Of a stretch of 64,000 nucleotides of DNA, positions 35,857 through 46,200 are shown in pieces. This stretch comes from a virus. Lineage: Duplodnaviria; Caudoviricetes. Numbering within the stretch: the first letter of the stretch is position 1; each line of letters opens with the position of its first letter. A program made the translations under genes and the position numbers. The notes below the pieces were generated by a model, which had not been told where the DNA came from, did no database searches, and saw nothing but the letters and a program-made list of their open reading frames with translations. The DNA lies in IMG/VR virus record IMGVR_UViG_3300036826_000050, positions 207 through 64,206 of that record, one strand, 5' to 3'.

Positions 35857-36333
35857 CTAGGCCGCCTTCTTGGCGGCGCGGCGGGCGCGGGCCTTGGGGG
35901 CGGGCTTCGGCTTGGCCTCGGCCTTGGGCTCCGGCTTGACCTCCGCCTTGGCGGCGGGCTTGGCGCGGTAGACGCGGGACTCGGCCGGCATCTTGTCCGA
36001 CTGGGCGCCGAGCATGCGGCACTTCGCCTCGCTGACCCCGAGCGCGTCCGCGATCGAGTACCAGGCCATGCCTCGCGCCCTCGCGAGGGCGATGGAGTCC
36101 GCGTCGAGCTTGACCGGCTCGACGAAGGCGTAGGGGCTGTCGACCCGGTCGCCCTTCTGGACCGGCGCGCGGTTCAGTTCGACCTGGTGGAGGTGCTTCG
36201 CGATGTGGGGCCGGAGGGTCGCGCCGTTGAAGCCGGTGGCCTCGATGACCTGGGCCCAGGACCCGCCGCCCTCGCGGATGCGGAGGGCCTTGATGACGTC
36301 GTCCTTGCCGACGGTACGCTTGCTGCTAGACAT
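35857..36333 (-). CDS. Tandem HTH protein with histone-H1-like K/A/P tail; first gene of the leftward arm
   Basis: GFNGATLRPHIA and GMAWYSIADALG; paralogue of 27798-28412. Confidence 0.75.
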   Translation of the reverse strand: MSSSKRTVGKDDVIKALRIREGGGSWAQVIEATGFNGATLRPHIAKHLHQVELNRAPVQKGDRVDSPYAFVEPVKLDADSIALARARGMAWYSIADALGVSEAKCRMLGAQSDKMPAESRVYRAKPAAKAEVKPEPKAEAKPKPAPKARARRAAKKAA

Positions 36334-36778
36334 GATACGTTCCTTCCGGTTGCGCCGTTCCCGGGCGCGCGGGGCAGGAGGGCCGTTCCCTCCTTACACC
36401 TCTATTATCGGCTCGCGGGCGGTGCGGGTCGATAGAACGAACGTCCGTCTTTGCTTGAGGGGTAAGATGTTTCCCGGGAAGCATTCCATCTGCCTGGAAG
36501 CCGGTGTGGGTGGGGATGCAACGCGCGAGTAGGCGCGCGGGTTGGCGAGCGCGCGTTGGTTCCGTCGCTGTGCTAGGGGGCCATGTCCATGGCAGCTGAG
36601 GGCGGGCCTGCAGGTAGAGTAGGGGTCGTGTGGTGGAGCACGTACGTGGGCGTAGATGTGTGTTGGACTGGATTCCAGTCCATCACCCCTGCAATCCGGT
36701 GTAATGGCACACCGGATGGCGCCCGCACTCCCCTGCTCCGAAACTTGTTTCCCCTGGGGCATGATCGAAAAAGGTAAG

Positions 36779-36880
36779 ATGTTTGCCGTTACAACAGAAA
36801 TGACCCTCCTCATCGTCGCCGTCGTCCTCCTGGCGATCATCGTGATCTGGCTCATTGCCGGCCGTCGAAGGGGCCTCTGA
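36779..36880 (+). CDS. Small single-TM protein
   Basis: MFAVTTEMTLLIVAVVLLAIIVIWLIAGRRRGL; AAGG SD. Confidence 0.5.
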   Translation: MFAVTTEMTLLIVAVVLLAIIVIWLIAGRRRGL

Positions 36881-36887
36881 CTTAGTC

Positions 36888-37670
36888 ATGCCGAAACGTC
36901 CGCCCCCAGACGACGGACAGCCTGGCTCGGGCCGAGGCTCAGGCCAAGACTCCAGGCCCCATGCCGAGGTATACGACCTGAGCACGCGGCGCGGGCGGTC
37001 CAACCAGCGACAGGCCAACCGCGCCGCCAGGCTCGCCCGCAAGGCAAAACGCCAAGCCGCCGCCAAGCAAGCCGACGAGCCACCGACCAAGCGAATCAGG
37101 AAGCCCCGCTGCAAGGGCACGACGACACTCGGCCGCCGCTGTCGGGCTGCAGCCCAGCGCAACGGCTTCTGTATCATGCACTCGCCCGAGAAACAGAAGC
37201 ATTTGGAGTTGATGGCCGAGGCGAAACGGGTCCACTCACAGTTCAAACGGTCGCCACATGAACTCATGCGGACGGTCATCGAGTCGAACCCGCTCGCGTT
37301 CATGCAGCCGTACCTCGACGCCCTCGGCATCAGAGTGGTCTTCGTGCCGGACGCTGAGAACCCTGACATCTTCCATCCGACAGCCATTGTCGACCCCAAC
37401 TCAGCGGGCGCGGTCCTCTACGGCGTCAGTAAGGATGGCGACGTGGTGATCTCGAAGCACAAGGACGTGGAGGCGCAACAGCGCGCCGCCGAGCGTCTGT
37501 TCGACCGCGTGTACGGCAAGCCCAAGCAGACCAACATCTTGGCGTCCGCCGCCAGCTCAAACGACCCGCAACTGGTCCCGTTTGACGACAAGCGCCAGGC
37601 CGAGATTGCTGCGATCCTCGAAGCCGCAAAGTCCCCGTCCCACGCGATGCCGCCGAACTCGCAGAACTGA
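36888..37670 (+). CDS. Putative terminase small subunit
   Basis: RCKGTT..GRRC...GFCIMH Zn motif; AAERLFDRVYGKP; upstream of TerL. Confidence 0.7.
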   Translation: MPKRPPPDDGQPGSGRGSGQDSRPHAEVYDLSTRRGRSNQRQANRAARLARKAKRQAAAKQADEPPTKRIRKPRCKGTTTLGRRCRAAAQRNGFCIMHSPEKQKHLELMAEAKRVHSQFKRSPHELMRTVIESNPLAFMQPYLDALGIRVVFVPDAENPDIFHPTAIVDPNSAGAVLYGVSKDGDVVISKHKDVEAQQRAAERLFDRVYGKPKQTNILASAASSNDPQLVPFDDKRQAEIAAILEAAKSPSHAMPPNSQN

Positions 37671-37855
37671 TGCCCATCATCCGCTCCAAAGCCCATCGCG
37701 TCCGCCGCGACCTGACGGCATTTCGGAGCAACGCCCTCTCGATCTTCCAGCGCGACCCGACAGCCCCGGACCCGACGGCCAAGCCGATCCACCAGATCAT
37801 CCGGCGGCGCAAAGAGCGTCAACAGCGACTGCAAATACTCAACCGACAAAAGTGA
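37670..37855 (+). CDS. Hypothetical basic protein
   Basis: TGATG coupling. Confidence 0.5.
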   Translation: MPIIRSKAHRVRRDLTAFRSNALSIFQRDPTAPDPTAKPIHQIIRRRKERQQRLQILNRQK

Positions 37856-38052
37856 CCATGGATCCCGACGGACAGACATACATGGACGTTGATGGTCATA
37901 CGAACGACCTCGACCGTCAACGATTCACCAAGGCCGAGCGCGAGTTCGAGCAGCGCGAGCGTCGCCAGCTCGAAGCGCAGCAGAGGCGGCTCGTCGAGGC
38001 AAGCCTCCGCACCCACGCCAAGGAACTCAAGCCGAGGGGAGCATCAAGTTGA
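37852..38052 (+). CDS. Hypothetical protein
   Basis: Coupled ORF. Confidence 0.5.
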   Translation: MTMDPDGQTYMDVDGHTNDLDRQRFTKAEREFEQRERRQLEAQQRRLVEASLRTHAKELKPRGASS

Positions 38053-38300
38053 GCGGGCACGAACTCCATCGCGTCATCGGCGTTCTCGGCGACCATGTCC
38101 GAGTCGCCAAGGAGGGGCTTCAGGCGAACCCTGACCTCAACCAGAGGCCGCAGACGTACGAGTCATCAGAGGAACGGTTCCTGTACGTCAACGGCTCGGG
38201 TTGCCTCCTGGCCCTCACCGAGGCGCAGATCGCAGCGCGACTCGGGCTGGAACCGCAGGCGCAGTCAGCCACCCCTGTGAAGGACGAGCCGCAGGCCTAG
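38049..38300 (+). CDS. Hypothetical protein
   Basis: 83-aa ORF with GGAG SD. Confidence 0.55.
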   Translation: MSGHELHRVIGVLGDHVRVAKEGLQANPDLNQRPQTYESSEERFLYVNGSGCLLALTEAQIAARLGLEPQAQSATPVKDEPQA

Positions 38301-38313
38301 AACGTGACTCTCC

Positions 38314-39711
38314 ATGCCGTATTGGTACAGTCCAGGCAATCGCGGTCCCCTGGACATCCGCATGCCCGACGGGTATTGTCCGCACAGCCCGACGACGAAG
38401 CAGCATGCGGCGCTCCTGCCCGAGTGGATGCTGGAGCTACTGTACGGTGGTCAAGCAGGCGGCGGCAAGTCGGACTGGCTCCTCATGGGCGCGCTTCAGT
38501 ACGTCGATGTGCGGGAGTACGCAGCCCTGATCCTGCGGCGGTCGTTCCAGGACTTGCGCCGACCGGGCGCGATCATGTCACGCGCCAAGGCCTGGCTCTC
38601 GGACACCGATGCCGTCTGGAACGAGAACAACCATGAGTTCACGTTTCCCTCAGGCGCAAAGCTGGAGTTTGGCTTCCTCAAGTCCGACGATGACGTCTTC
38701 AACTACCAGTCAGCGGAGTACCAGTACATCGGCATCGATGAGCTCACGCAGTTCACGGAGTTCCAGTACACCTACCTCATGTCGCGCCTCCGTCGCCCCA
38801 GCGGCGTCGAGGATGACCACCCACTCGCCAAAGTTCCACTCCGCTGCCGTACAGCGAGCAATCCGGGCGGTCGCGGCCATCAGTGGGTCCGTCGTCGCCT
38901 CGTTGAAGCGGATCATCCGGAGCGTATGTTCATTCCTGCGGGCTTGGCGGACAACCCGCATCTTGACATGGTCTCGTACCGCCGAGCGCTTGCGATGCTC
39001 GACGATCATACGCGCGCACAACTTGAGTTCGGCGACTGGACAGCCCGCCCGCCAGGGCCGTGGTGCTTCAACCACAAACACATCGACGCAGCCATCGAGC
39101 GCGGGGCTGTACTCGATCAGAAACGCAAGGACGGTCTACTACCAGAGCCGGTTGGTGGATACCTCAAGGTCGGTGCAGACTTTGGCGAGGCCGCGCACTT
39201 TGTGGTTGGGTGGCCGCTAGAGCGTAAGGGCATGTACCTCTGCGCTGAACATACCTTCGAGCATGGCGAGCCTGACGTCGAGGCGTACAAGGTCATCGAT
39301 AAGTGCGATGGACTTGGCTGGCTCATGGACCGGATGCGCTACGACGCCAGCAAGCCCGAGTCAGCCCGGCTCGCGCGCCGGACGTTTGCGCGTGAACGCG
39401 GCGAGGGATACGGCAAGCCGTCCGCGATCTCATTCGCAAAGTACAAGCGGGCAGCCATCCTGCACCAACGTCGCATGCTGCGACTGGCATGGAAGGCGCT
39501 CTCGAATCCAGACGTGCTGGGATATCTGGCGATCAGCCCGACGCTGGAGCACTATATCAAGCAGATTTATGAACTTCAGTTCAAGGGCGAGGACACGGAA
39601 GACCTGGTCAAGCTCGACGATCACGGCCCGGACGCCGGTTTTGCCCTGATAACGCCGCTGACGAAGGCGTACGACAGCGTCCAAGAGGAACGCGAGGCGG
39701 TGCACCCGTGA
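38314..39711 (+). CDS. Terminase large subunit
   Basis: LYGGQAGGGKS, IGIDELTQF, ASNPGG, DNPHL, nuclease GADFG and DDHGPDA. Confidence 0.95.
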   Translation: MPYWYSPGNRGPLDIRMPDGYCPHSPTTKQHAALLPEWMLELLYGGQAGGGKSDWLLMGALQYVDVREYAALILRRSFQDLRRPGAIMSRAKAWLSDTDAVWNENNHEFTFPSGAKLEFGFLKSDDDVFNYQSAEYQYIGIDELTQFTEFQYTYLMSRLRRPSGVEDDHPLAKVPLRCRTASNPGGRGHQWVRRRLVEADHPERMFIPAGLADNPHLDMVSYRRALAMLDDHTRAQLEFGDWTARPPGPWCFNHKHIDAAIERGAVLDQKRKDGLLPEPVGGYLKVGADFGEAAHFVVGWPLERKGMYLCAEHTFEHGEPDVEAYKVIDKCDGLGWLMDRMRYDASKPESARLARRTFARERGEGYGKPSAISFAKYKRAAILHQRRMLRLAWKALSNPDVLGYLAISPTLEHYIKQIYELQFKGEDTEDLVKLDDHGPDAGFALITPLTKAYDSVQEEREAVHP

Positions 39712-41300
39712 CGATTGAGCTGCTCAGAGAGGAACTTGAGACCGGGCAGCAGAAGATGGCCTGGGCTTTCAACGCTGCTACCAGCGAACTCCCCAAGTGG
39801 ATTGCGTTCCGCGAGAGCAACCGCGACTACCTGGCGTCGATCCACCCCGGCGGATGGAAGGGCGGGCGCATCTACCACCACGATCCCATGGCGAGCAAGA
39901 TCAGCAACGCCTTCGCTGACTTCCTCTATGGCGAGGACCCCGCTTACAAGCCGTTCGACACCGCCGACTCTGAGCTTCTCGACAACCTTCTGATCGCAAA
40001 CGAGTTCACGACGGAGATTCACCAGGCCGTTCGTGTCTTCTCGTCAGAGGGCGAGGTCTGGTTCCGCATCTACACGGACCCCGAGCAGTCCGACTACCCA
40101 CTGATCGAGTGGCATTCGCGTGCGACGGTGTTCCCGTACTGGCGAGGCCGGTCACTTTCGGCAGTAGCATTCGTGTATGAGCTGTCGCGCTCGGAGAACG
40201 AGGTCTGGCGATACGTCCAGTACCATGAAAAGTTCCGTGCCGAGAACGCTTTGTACAAGTCAACGGCAGGTACGAGTGGCGCCGGCAGCAAGGGCAAGGA
40301 CGACATACCAGAGTTGGACATCACTGAGCTGCAGAAGTTGGGCAAGCCGCAGCCTTTGACCGCGAACCCATACACGGCTGAGTTGGATGATGAGTGGAAT
40401 CACGACATTCCCGCCATCCTCGCTGGCCGTTACATCAACAACGTGCCACGCAGCCGCCAGATCGGCAAGTCCGACTATGATGGCGTCGAGGATTTGCTGT
40501 TCGACCTCAACGAGGCGCACAGCGTCGATGCCGAAAACTTCAAACTGGCCGGCAAGAAGCGCGCGATCATGCCGCGCAAGTACCAGAACCAGGCGGGCGA
40601 TGCCGAGATCAGTGAGGAAATCTTCTGGGTCGAAGAAGGCACAGACGAAATGGAGCCGGATCAGGGTCCGTTCAAGATCCTTGAGTACGACTACGACGCC
40701 GACTCAAGCATCAAGCGCAAGGAGGACCTGGAACGTACCATCGTCACGCGCGTCGGCCTTGTTCGACAGTTTGTCGACAGCAGCACGGCAGACGGTTGGG
40801 CGCAATCCGGCACCGCGCTCCGTACCAGGCTGTTGCCGACGGCACTCGCCGCGCACGGCAAGGCGCGCGAGTGGGACGAACTTCTGCCCAAGACGCTCGG
40901 CCTGTTGCAACAGGTTGACGCCTTGCCAGAAGGACAAGGCGGATTTGGACGGCCGTGGAAGCAGCCTGCGGGCCTCCCGAGCATCACACGTGCGACCGTC
41001 CTGCCTGAGGACCCGGCCGATCAGGCGGCGCGTCATCAGACGCTGATCGCCAACGAGCTAGAGTCCATCGAGACTGCAGTTGACGACCTACACCCGGACT
41101 GGACCCCGGATCGCAAGATGCTGGAGGTCAGACGGATTCTCGCCAACCGCAACGGAGAAGCCTTGGATGACCAGGGCAACGTGATCGTTGTCGAGGGCGG
41201 TGGCGGTCTGGTGCAAAAGATCGCACCCGAACCCTCAGCAGCGGATCAGAAGCACTCGACATCCAACGGCGCAACCGCCCCGGCGGGGAGTGGGGCATGA
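39708..41300 (+). CDS. Portal protein (SPP1-like)
   Basis: 530 aa after TerL; GKSDY, QSGTAL, SIETAVDDLHPDW. Confidence 0.88.
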   Translation: MTIELLREELETGQQKMAWAFNAATSELPKWIAFRESNRDYLASIHPGGWKGGRIYHHDPMASKISNAFADFLYGEDPAYKPFDTADSELLDNLLIANEFTTEIHQAVRVFSSEGEVWFRIYTDPEQSDYPLIEWHSRATVFPYWRGRSLSAVAFVYELSRSENEVWRYVQYHEKFRAENALYKSTAGTSGAGSKGKDDIPELDITELQKLGKPQPLTANPYTAELDDEWNHDIPAILAGRYINNVPRSRQIGKSDYDGVEDLLFDLNEAHSVDAENFKLAGKKRAIMPRKYQNQAGDAEISEEIFWVEEGTDEMEPDQGPFKILEYDYDADSSIKRKEDLERTIVTRVGLVRQFVDSSTADGWAQSGTALRTRLLPTALAAHGKAREWDELLPKTLGLLQQVDALPEGQGGFGRPWKQPAGLPSITRATVLPEDPADQAARHQTLIANELESIETAVDDLHPDWTPDRKMLEVRRILANRNGEALDDQGNVIVVEGGGGLVQKIAPEPSAADQKHSTSNGATAPAGSGA

Positions 41301-41364
41301 CGACTCCCCAGCGCGCAAGCGTACCCTCACGGTGGGTGGTAAAACATAACCAGGAAGGAACAGC

Positions 41365-42246
41365 ATGACCAGTAAGACACGTCGTCGTTATCACCGCGTC
41401 ATGACGCTCGCAGAGTCGCAGGGGCTTCCTCCTGAGATGATCGAGCAGCTCAAGGCGCAGGGCGTTCTGCCGCCGATTGCCGGCGGCGCGCCAGATGACG
41501 ACTCCGGGCGCAAGTCCAAGCGACGGACGAAGCGCCGCGCCAAGGCAGGCAGCAAGGACGACGATGCCGATGACGACGATTCGTCAGATGATGACGACTC
41601 GTCGGATGACGATGCCGACGACGACGCTGCCGACGACGACGACAACACCGACGACGACGATCAGACTCCTGACGACAAGAAGGACAACGCGGACGATGAC
41701 GGTGATGGGTTCGTCCGCTTGCCCCGATCCGAGGTCCAGCGCCTGCGCCGTGAGGCGCGCGAGGCCCGCAAGCGCGAGAAGCAGCGCGACCGCGAGGATC
41801 GTGAGCGCCGGGAGAAGGACTTGGCCGACAACGAGAAGTGGAAGGACCTGGCCGAGTCCCGTGAGGAGCGCATCAACGAGCTTGAGGGAGAAATCGAGTC
41901 CCTCAGGATGGAGGGGTCGGCCAACGAGCGCAAGGCCACGACCATCAAGGTCGCCAAGCGCTTGGGGTTCGAGTACCCCGAGGATGCGCACCGATATCTG
42001 GACGCCGACGACATGGAGGACGAACAGACCATCGAAACGGCTCTCAAGGCCGTTCTGAGGGACCGTCCCAAGTTGAAGTCGAAGCGCCGTGGGTCGGGCG
42101 CACCGATCCCCGGCGAATCTGGCGATGACGGCACCGGCGGCGAGATCACGGTCGATGACATCCAGAAGATGTCCCCGGACGAGATCAACAAGCGCTGGGA
42201 CGAGGTTCAGGCCGTCCTACGACGCCAGGAGGTCGCGAAGTCATGA
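41365..42246 (+). CDS. Scaffolding protein
   Basis: Acidic tract plus coiled coil, immediately before MCP. Confidence 0.8.
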   Translation: MTSKTRRRYHRVMTLAESQGLPPEMIEQLKAQGVLPPIAGGAPDDDSGRKSKRRTKRRAKAGSKDDDADDDDSSDDDDSSDDDADDDAADDDDNTDDDDQTPDDKKDNADDDGDGFVRLPRSEVQRLRREAREARKREKQRDREDRERREKDLADNEKWKDLAESREERINELEGEIESLRMEGSANERKATTIKVAKRLGFEYPEDAHRYLDADDMEDEQTIETALKAVLRDRPKLKSKRRGSGAPIPGESGDDGTGGEITVDDIQKMSPDEINKRWDEVQAVLRRQEVAKS

Positions 42247-42275
42247 CCAACGAACGGGAAGGATGAATCGGCTCC

Positions 42276-43133
42276 ATGTCGATCAACAACTTCATCCCGG
42301 TCATCTGGTCGGCACGAATCGCGCTCGGTCTGGAGAAGGCGTTCGTGTACGGTCAGCCCGGGGTGATCAACCGCGATTTCGAGGGCGAGATCAGCGAAGC
42401 GGGCGACACGGTCTACATCAACAGCATCGGCGATCCGACGATCTTCACCTACACGAAGAACACGGACATGCCGGTGCCGGAGACCCTGTCGGACGCGCGG
42501 GTCACGCTCCTCATCGATCAGGCCAAGGGCTTCAACTTCCAGGTCGATGACGTGGACCGGGCGCAGACCCGGCCCGACGTCATGGACACGGCGATGCAGC
42601 GCGCGGCCTACAAGCTGTCCGACATCACCGACCAGTACGTCGCCGGCAAGATGGCGGCGGGCGCGGATGCGTCCAACGCGCTGGGATCGACGGCCACGCC
42701 GTTGGTTCCGACGCTCGGGACGTACACCGATCCGCTCAACGTCTACAACATCCTCGTGGACGCCAGCACGAAGCTCAACCAGAACAACGTGCCGCGCGAC
42801 GGGCGGTTCGTGATCATCCCGCCGTGGTACGAGGGCCTCCTGCGCAAGGACGAGCGCTTCGTGCCGACCGACGATGTCCGACTCAACGGCGTGATCGGTC
42901 GCGCCGCCGGGTTCGACATCCTCGTGTCGAACAACGTGCCGACGGTGACCGGCACGAAGTACCAGATCGTCTTCGGCCACTCGATGGCCATGACGTTCGC
43001 CGACCAGATCAACAAGACCGAGGCGTACCGTCCGGAGCGCAGGTTCGGCGACGCGGTGAAGGGGCTGCACCTGTACGGTGGCGGCGTCACCCAGCCGCTG
43101 GCTCTCGGCCTCCTGACCGTCTCCCAGACCTGA
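42276..43133 (+). CDS. Major capsid protein
   Basis: NNFIPVIWS, FEGEI..GDTV.I, DAVKGLHLYG; strong codon bias. Confidence 0.92.
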   Translation: MSINNFIPVIWSARIALGLEKAFVYGQPGVINRDFEGEISEAGDTVYINSIGDPTIFTYTKNTDMPVPETLSDARVTLLIDQAKGFNFQVDDVDRAQTRPDVMDTAMQRAAYKLSDITDQYVAGKMAAGADASNALGSTATPLVPTLGTYTDPLNVYNILVDASTKLNQNNVPRDGRFVIIPPWYEGLLRKDERFVPTDDVRLNGVIGRAAGFDILVSNNVPTVTGTKYQIVFGHSMAMTFADQINKTEAYRPERRFGDAVKGLHLYGGGVTQPLALGLLTVSQT

Positions 43134-43143
43134 GAAAGGAGGG

Positions 43144-43698
43144 ATGAATATGGCAATCGCTACGATGCGCAACCGCGTCACGACCGAGTTCCGCAAGGTC
43201 GAGAAGGACAGCGACGAGTACCTGGAACTCCAGGCTCAGCGCGACGCCAACGATGGTCGGCCTGTCTGGGAAGAGACGGGCATCCACGACGCCATCGAGC
43301 AGAGCAAGCGCCTGGAGGACGGCGTGCCGCTCGCGACCGACATCGGCGACGCGCAGCAGCCCGTTTCGACCATCGCTGGCGGATCCAACATCGTGCCGGC
43401 GTCAGCGGTCCAGCATATGGATCCGCTGCCGTCCGAGCGCGAGGCCGGTGTCGAGCCGTTCGAGGGGTTCAGCGGTCTGCCCGCGTCGAATCCGCCTGAC
43501 GAGGAAGTCGTGCTCGTTCCGGGCGCGATGGAGGACTCGACCGACACCGGCACCGACGGCACGGAACCGGACCTGACCGAGCACAAGGCCGGCAAGTCCG
43601 CCGACGACGAGGGCGGCAGCGGCAAGAAGCGCTCCCGCAAGAAGTCGGACAGCGGCGGCAGCGGCAGCGGCTCGTCCAGCGAGGGCTCAACCTCGTAG
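43144..43698 (+). CDS. Acidic virion-associated protein
   Basis: Follows MCP; strong SD. Confidence 0.65.
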   Translation: MNMAIATMRNRVTTEFRKVEKDSDEYLELQAQRDANDGRPVWEETGIHDAIEQSKRLEDGVPLATDIGDAQQPVSTIAGGSNIVPASAVQHMDPLPSEREAGVEPFEGFSGLPASNPPDEEVVLVPGAMEDSTDTGTDGTEPDLTEHKAGKSADDEGGSGKKRSRKKSDSGGSGSGSSSEGSTS

Positions 43699-43704
43699 GT
43701 CATC

Positions 43705-44013
43705 ATGCCTTCCTCTCGGTCACTGCCTGATCTGCCTAACAAGCCCGGTAAGACCAACTGGGTGGAAGAGGCAGGCGGCTTGCCCAAGTACATCGAGCGC
43801 ATCGCCAAGCACCTTCACTTCGAGAAGGGCATGACGGTGAGTCACGCTATCGCGACGGCGGTCAACGTCGTCAAGAGGATGTGCGAATCCGGCGACACCA
43901 ACTGGCCTGGTATTCAACAGGTCGGTCCCAAGTCGCGGGAGCAAGCCTGCAAGGCGGTGGCCGAGTGGGAGGCCAAGAAGGCGAAGACAAAGACAAAGCG
44001 AGCGGCGAAATGA
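43705..44013 (+). CDS. Conserved phage head-region protein
   Basis: NWVEEAGGLPKYIERIAKHL...AIATAV...AEWEAKK. Confidence 0.7.
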   Translation: MPSSRSLPDLPNKPGKTNWVEEAGGLPKYIERIAKHLHFEKGMTVSHAIATAVNVVKRMCESGDTNWPGIQQVGPKSREQACKAVAEWEAKKAKTKTKRAAK

Positions 44014-44774
44014 CCGAGGTAATCTTCAGCAGCTGGTGGGATTACTCCGTCCAGGTGGCGCCGCCTCCGGCCAACGGTCAGATCAGGACCGCACCTGATC
44101 CGCCGGTTGTCGGTCAGACGTACACGATTTACCTCTCAGAGGAAGATCGCGATGGCGTGATCTGGGCGTTCGATGAACTCATGCTGGATGACCAGGTCTG
44201 GCTGCGCGATACCCAAGGCAACAAGCAGGTCTGCATCGTGACGGGCATAGCCCTCCCGGGCGCAGGGCTGCCGTTTGCAACGGTCATGACAACGATGGCG
44301 TCGTCTACCGGCGACATCGCCAAGAACTCGAAGGTGCGCATCGATTTGATCCGGTCGGCGGATGCCCCGCCGGTGCCAACACCGGGTCCTGGGTCGGCCT
44401 CGTACGCCACGGTCGCCGATCTGCGCGCCTACAGCGGTGACCTAGTTGCCAACTACAGCGACGACGAGCTGAACACAACGCTCCTTGACGCGCAACGTTG
44501 GATCGACTACTACGTGCCGCCCGGTGATCTGCTGGACTCGGGTCTGAAGTACGACCCCACGACTTTCGACACTGGCCAGGCGACCCATCTGAATCGCGCG
44601 ACTTGCGCGCAGGCCGAGTACATCCTCATGATGGGACCGGGGTTTTTCATCAGCGGCTCCACGACGGTCACCGGCTCGGACTACCAGGAGACCAAGGCTC
44701 CCAAGGTCGCGCCCAAGGCGAAGATGGAGCTGATCTCCGGAGGATTCAACCAGTTGACCGGGCAGGCGACGTGA
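44010..44774 (+). CDS. Head-to-tail adaptor with extra N-terminal domain
   Basis: YATVADL...A...ID...ATCAQAEY adaptor pattern in C-terminal half. Confidence 0.7.
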   Translation: MTEVIFSSWWDYSVQVAPPPANGQIRTAPDPPVVGQTYTIYLSEEDRDGVIWAFDELMLDDQVWLRDTQGNKQVCIVTGIALPGAGLPFATVMTTMASSTGDIAKNSKVRIDLIRSADAPPVPTPGPGSASYATVADLRAYSGDLVANYSDDELNTTLLDAQRWIDYYVPPGDLLDSGLKYDPTTFDTGQATHLNRATCAQAEYILMMGPGFFISGSTTVTGSDYQETKAPKVAPKAKMELISGGFNQLTGQAT

Positions 44775-45574
44775 ACACGAAGTCGCAGAAGCAACTCGAC
44801 GCGCTCGCCAAGGACTTCGCTCAGGCAGAGGCTTGGCTCATTGCGCTCGTGAACCGCGTTCTGATCGAAGGGAAGCTGGGCAGCCTTCGTGCCAGGCGGC
44901 GGGCGTCCAATGATGCGTCGGCGATCCTCGATCAGCTGCGTGGCCTGACCGAGAAGAAGGCAGCTGACCTGGTCAAGTCGAGTTACCTGGCCGGTCGCGA
45001 GGTCTCAGGCGTCACCAACAAGTCGCTTGCCGAAGCAGATCGGCAATCGCTCCAACTTCTGATCGACAACCTCGGCGGACGCCTGGAGGACTCGACAACC
45101 ATCGTCGGTCGCCGCGTCGATGACGTGTTCCGGCGCGAGGGCCTGCGCGCAACGGCCTTGGCGATCTCAGGTCCCGGCGTTGTTGACGAGAAATCGGTCA
45201 CTGCGTTCCGCAAGCGCCTGTTGAAGGAGGGCGCGACGGCATTCGTGGACGCGACCGGACGGACATGGCATCTGGAGACATACGCCCGCATGGCGCTCAA
45301 GACGACCATGATGGAGGCCGTCAACACAGGAGCCGAGAACCTGATCAGGGAGCGCGGCTTCGATATCATCGAAATCGGGCATCTGGGGAAGTATGAGCCC
45401 GATCCGATCTGCGACGTTCATCATGGCAAGAAGTACAGCCTGACAGGGCGCGCAAAGGACTTCCCTCTGTTCGGTCCTACCGACAAGCCTCCATACCATC
45501 CGAACTGCGAGCATTACATCAAGCTGGCTCGGGAAGCGACTGCCGAGCGCCGCCGCGCATTGAGGGCTGCATGA
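44771..45574 (+). CDS. Minor capsid / MuF-like protein
   Basis: FVDATGRTW.LETYARM, ICDVHHGK.YS, PPYHPNCEH. Confidence 0.85.
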   Translation: MNTKSQKQLDALAKDFAQAEAWLIALVNRVLIEGKLGSLRARRRASNDASAILDQLRGLTEKKAADLVKSSYLAGREVSGVTNKSLAEADRQSLQLLIDNLGGRLEDSTTIVGRRVDDVFRREGLRATALAISGPGVVDEKSVTAFRKRLLKEGATAFVDATGRTWHLETYARMALKTTMMEAVNTGAENLIRERGFDIIEIGHLGKYEPDPICDVHHGKKYSLTGRAKDFPLFGPTDKPPYHPNCEHYIKLAREATAERRRALRAA

Positions 45575-46200
45575 CCACGCCAGCCCTAGCCGCCGCATCC
45601 AACTTCCGTATGCGGATCAATCGGACGGTGGATGTCAGCAACGGACAGGTCGTCATCGACCCCGTTCCTGACTATCCGTACTTCTGGGCAAGCGTGACGC
45701 CACCAGACTCCCCGGCGGCTCCCGGCGACGACCCGAGACAAGCGCCTACTGCCATGCTCCGCCACGCCTCCCGCTTGACAGGCCCGGCGCTCGACCTCCG
45801 GGCCGGGTTCCGCGTCGAAAATGATTCTGGCACGCTGATCGAGATACTCGATAACGGCACTCCGGTCACAACGGGGTCACGCCTCGTTGGAATGTCATTC
45901 GCATGTCTTCCAGTCGACTGGTTGTATCCGTTGACTGGAGTTATCAGCGACATGGACGGCAACCCAACCGGGATTGCCTCGTTGGCGATCTGGGGCGCGA
46001 GCGAGAGCCACGACGTGTCTGCTGGCGAGTTTGAAGATTACGACGGCTCGGCGGCCATCGAGTACGCAAGCGGTTTGATGCGCAACGTCGATCTCATGGT
46101 CGGCACAACGCGCTACAGAATCCTGGCGGCCGAAACTGATATGGGATCGATGTACGTCCGTCTGCGTCTACGGAAGGCGGATGATCCTCTTGCCCCGTAA
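45571..46200 (+). CDS. Putative head-closure protein
   Basis: Position in neck cluster. Confidence 0.5.
   Translation: MTTPALAAASNFRMRINRTVDVSNGQVVIDPVPDYPYFWASVTPPDSPAAPGDDPRQAPTAMLRHASRLTGPALDLRAGFRVENDSGTLIEILDNGTPVTTGSRLVGMSFACLPVDWLYPLTGVISDMDGNPTGIASLAIWGASESHDVSAGEFEDYDGSAAIEYASGLMRNVDLMVGTTRYRILAAETDMGSMYVRLRLRKADDPLAP

Noticed and set aside
36560-36660. ACGACCCCTACTCT...CCATGGAC on the minus strand, similar to the 103-bp element
   Set aside because: Spacing is 24 rather than 18 nt and the other blocks are missing
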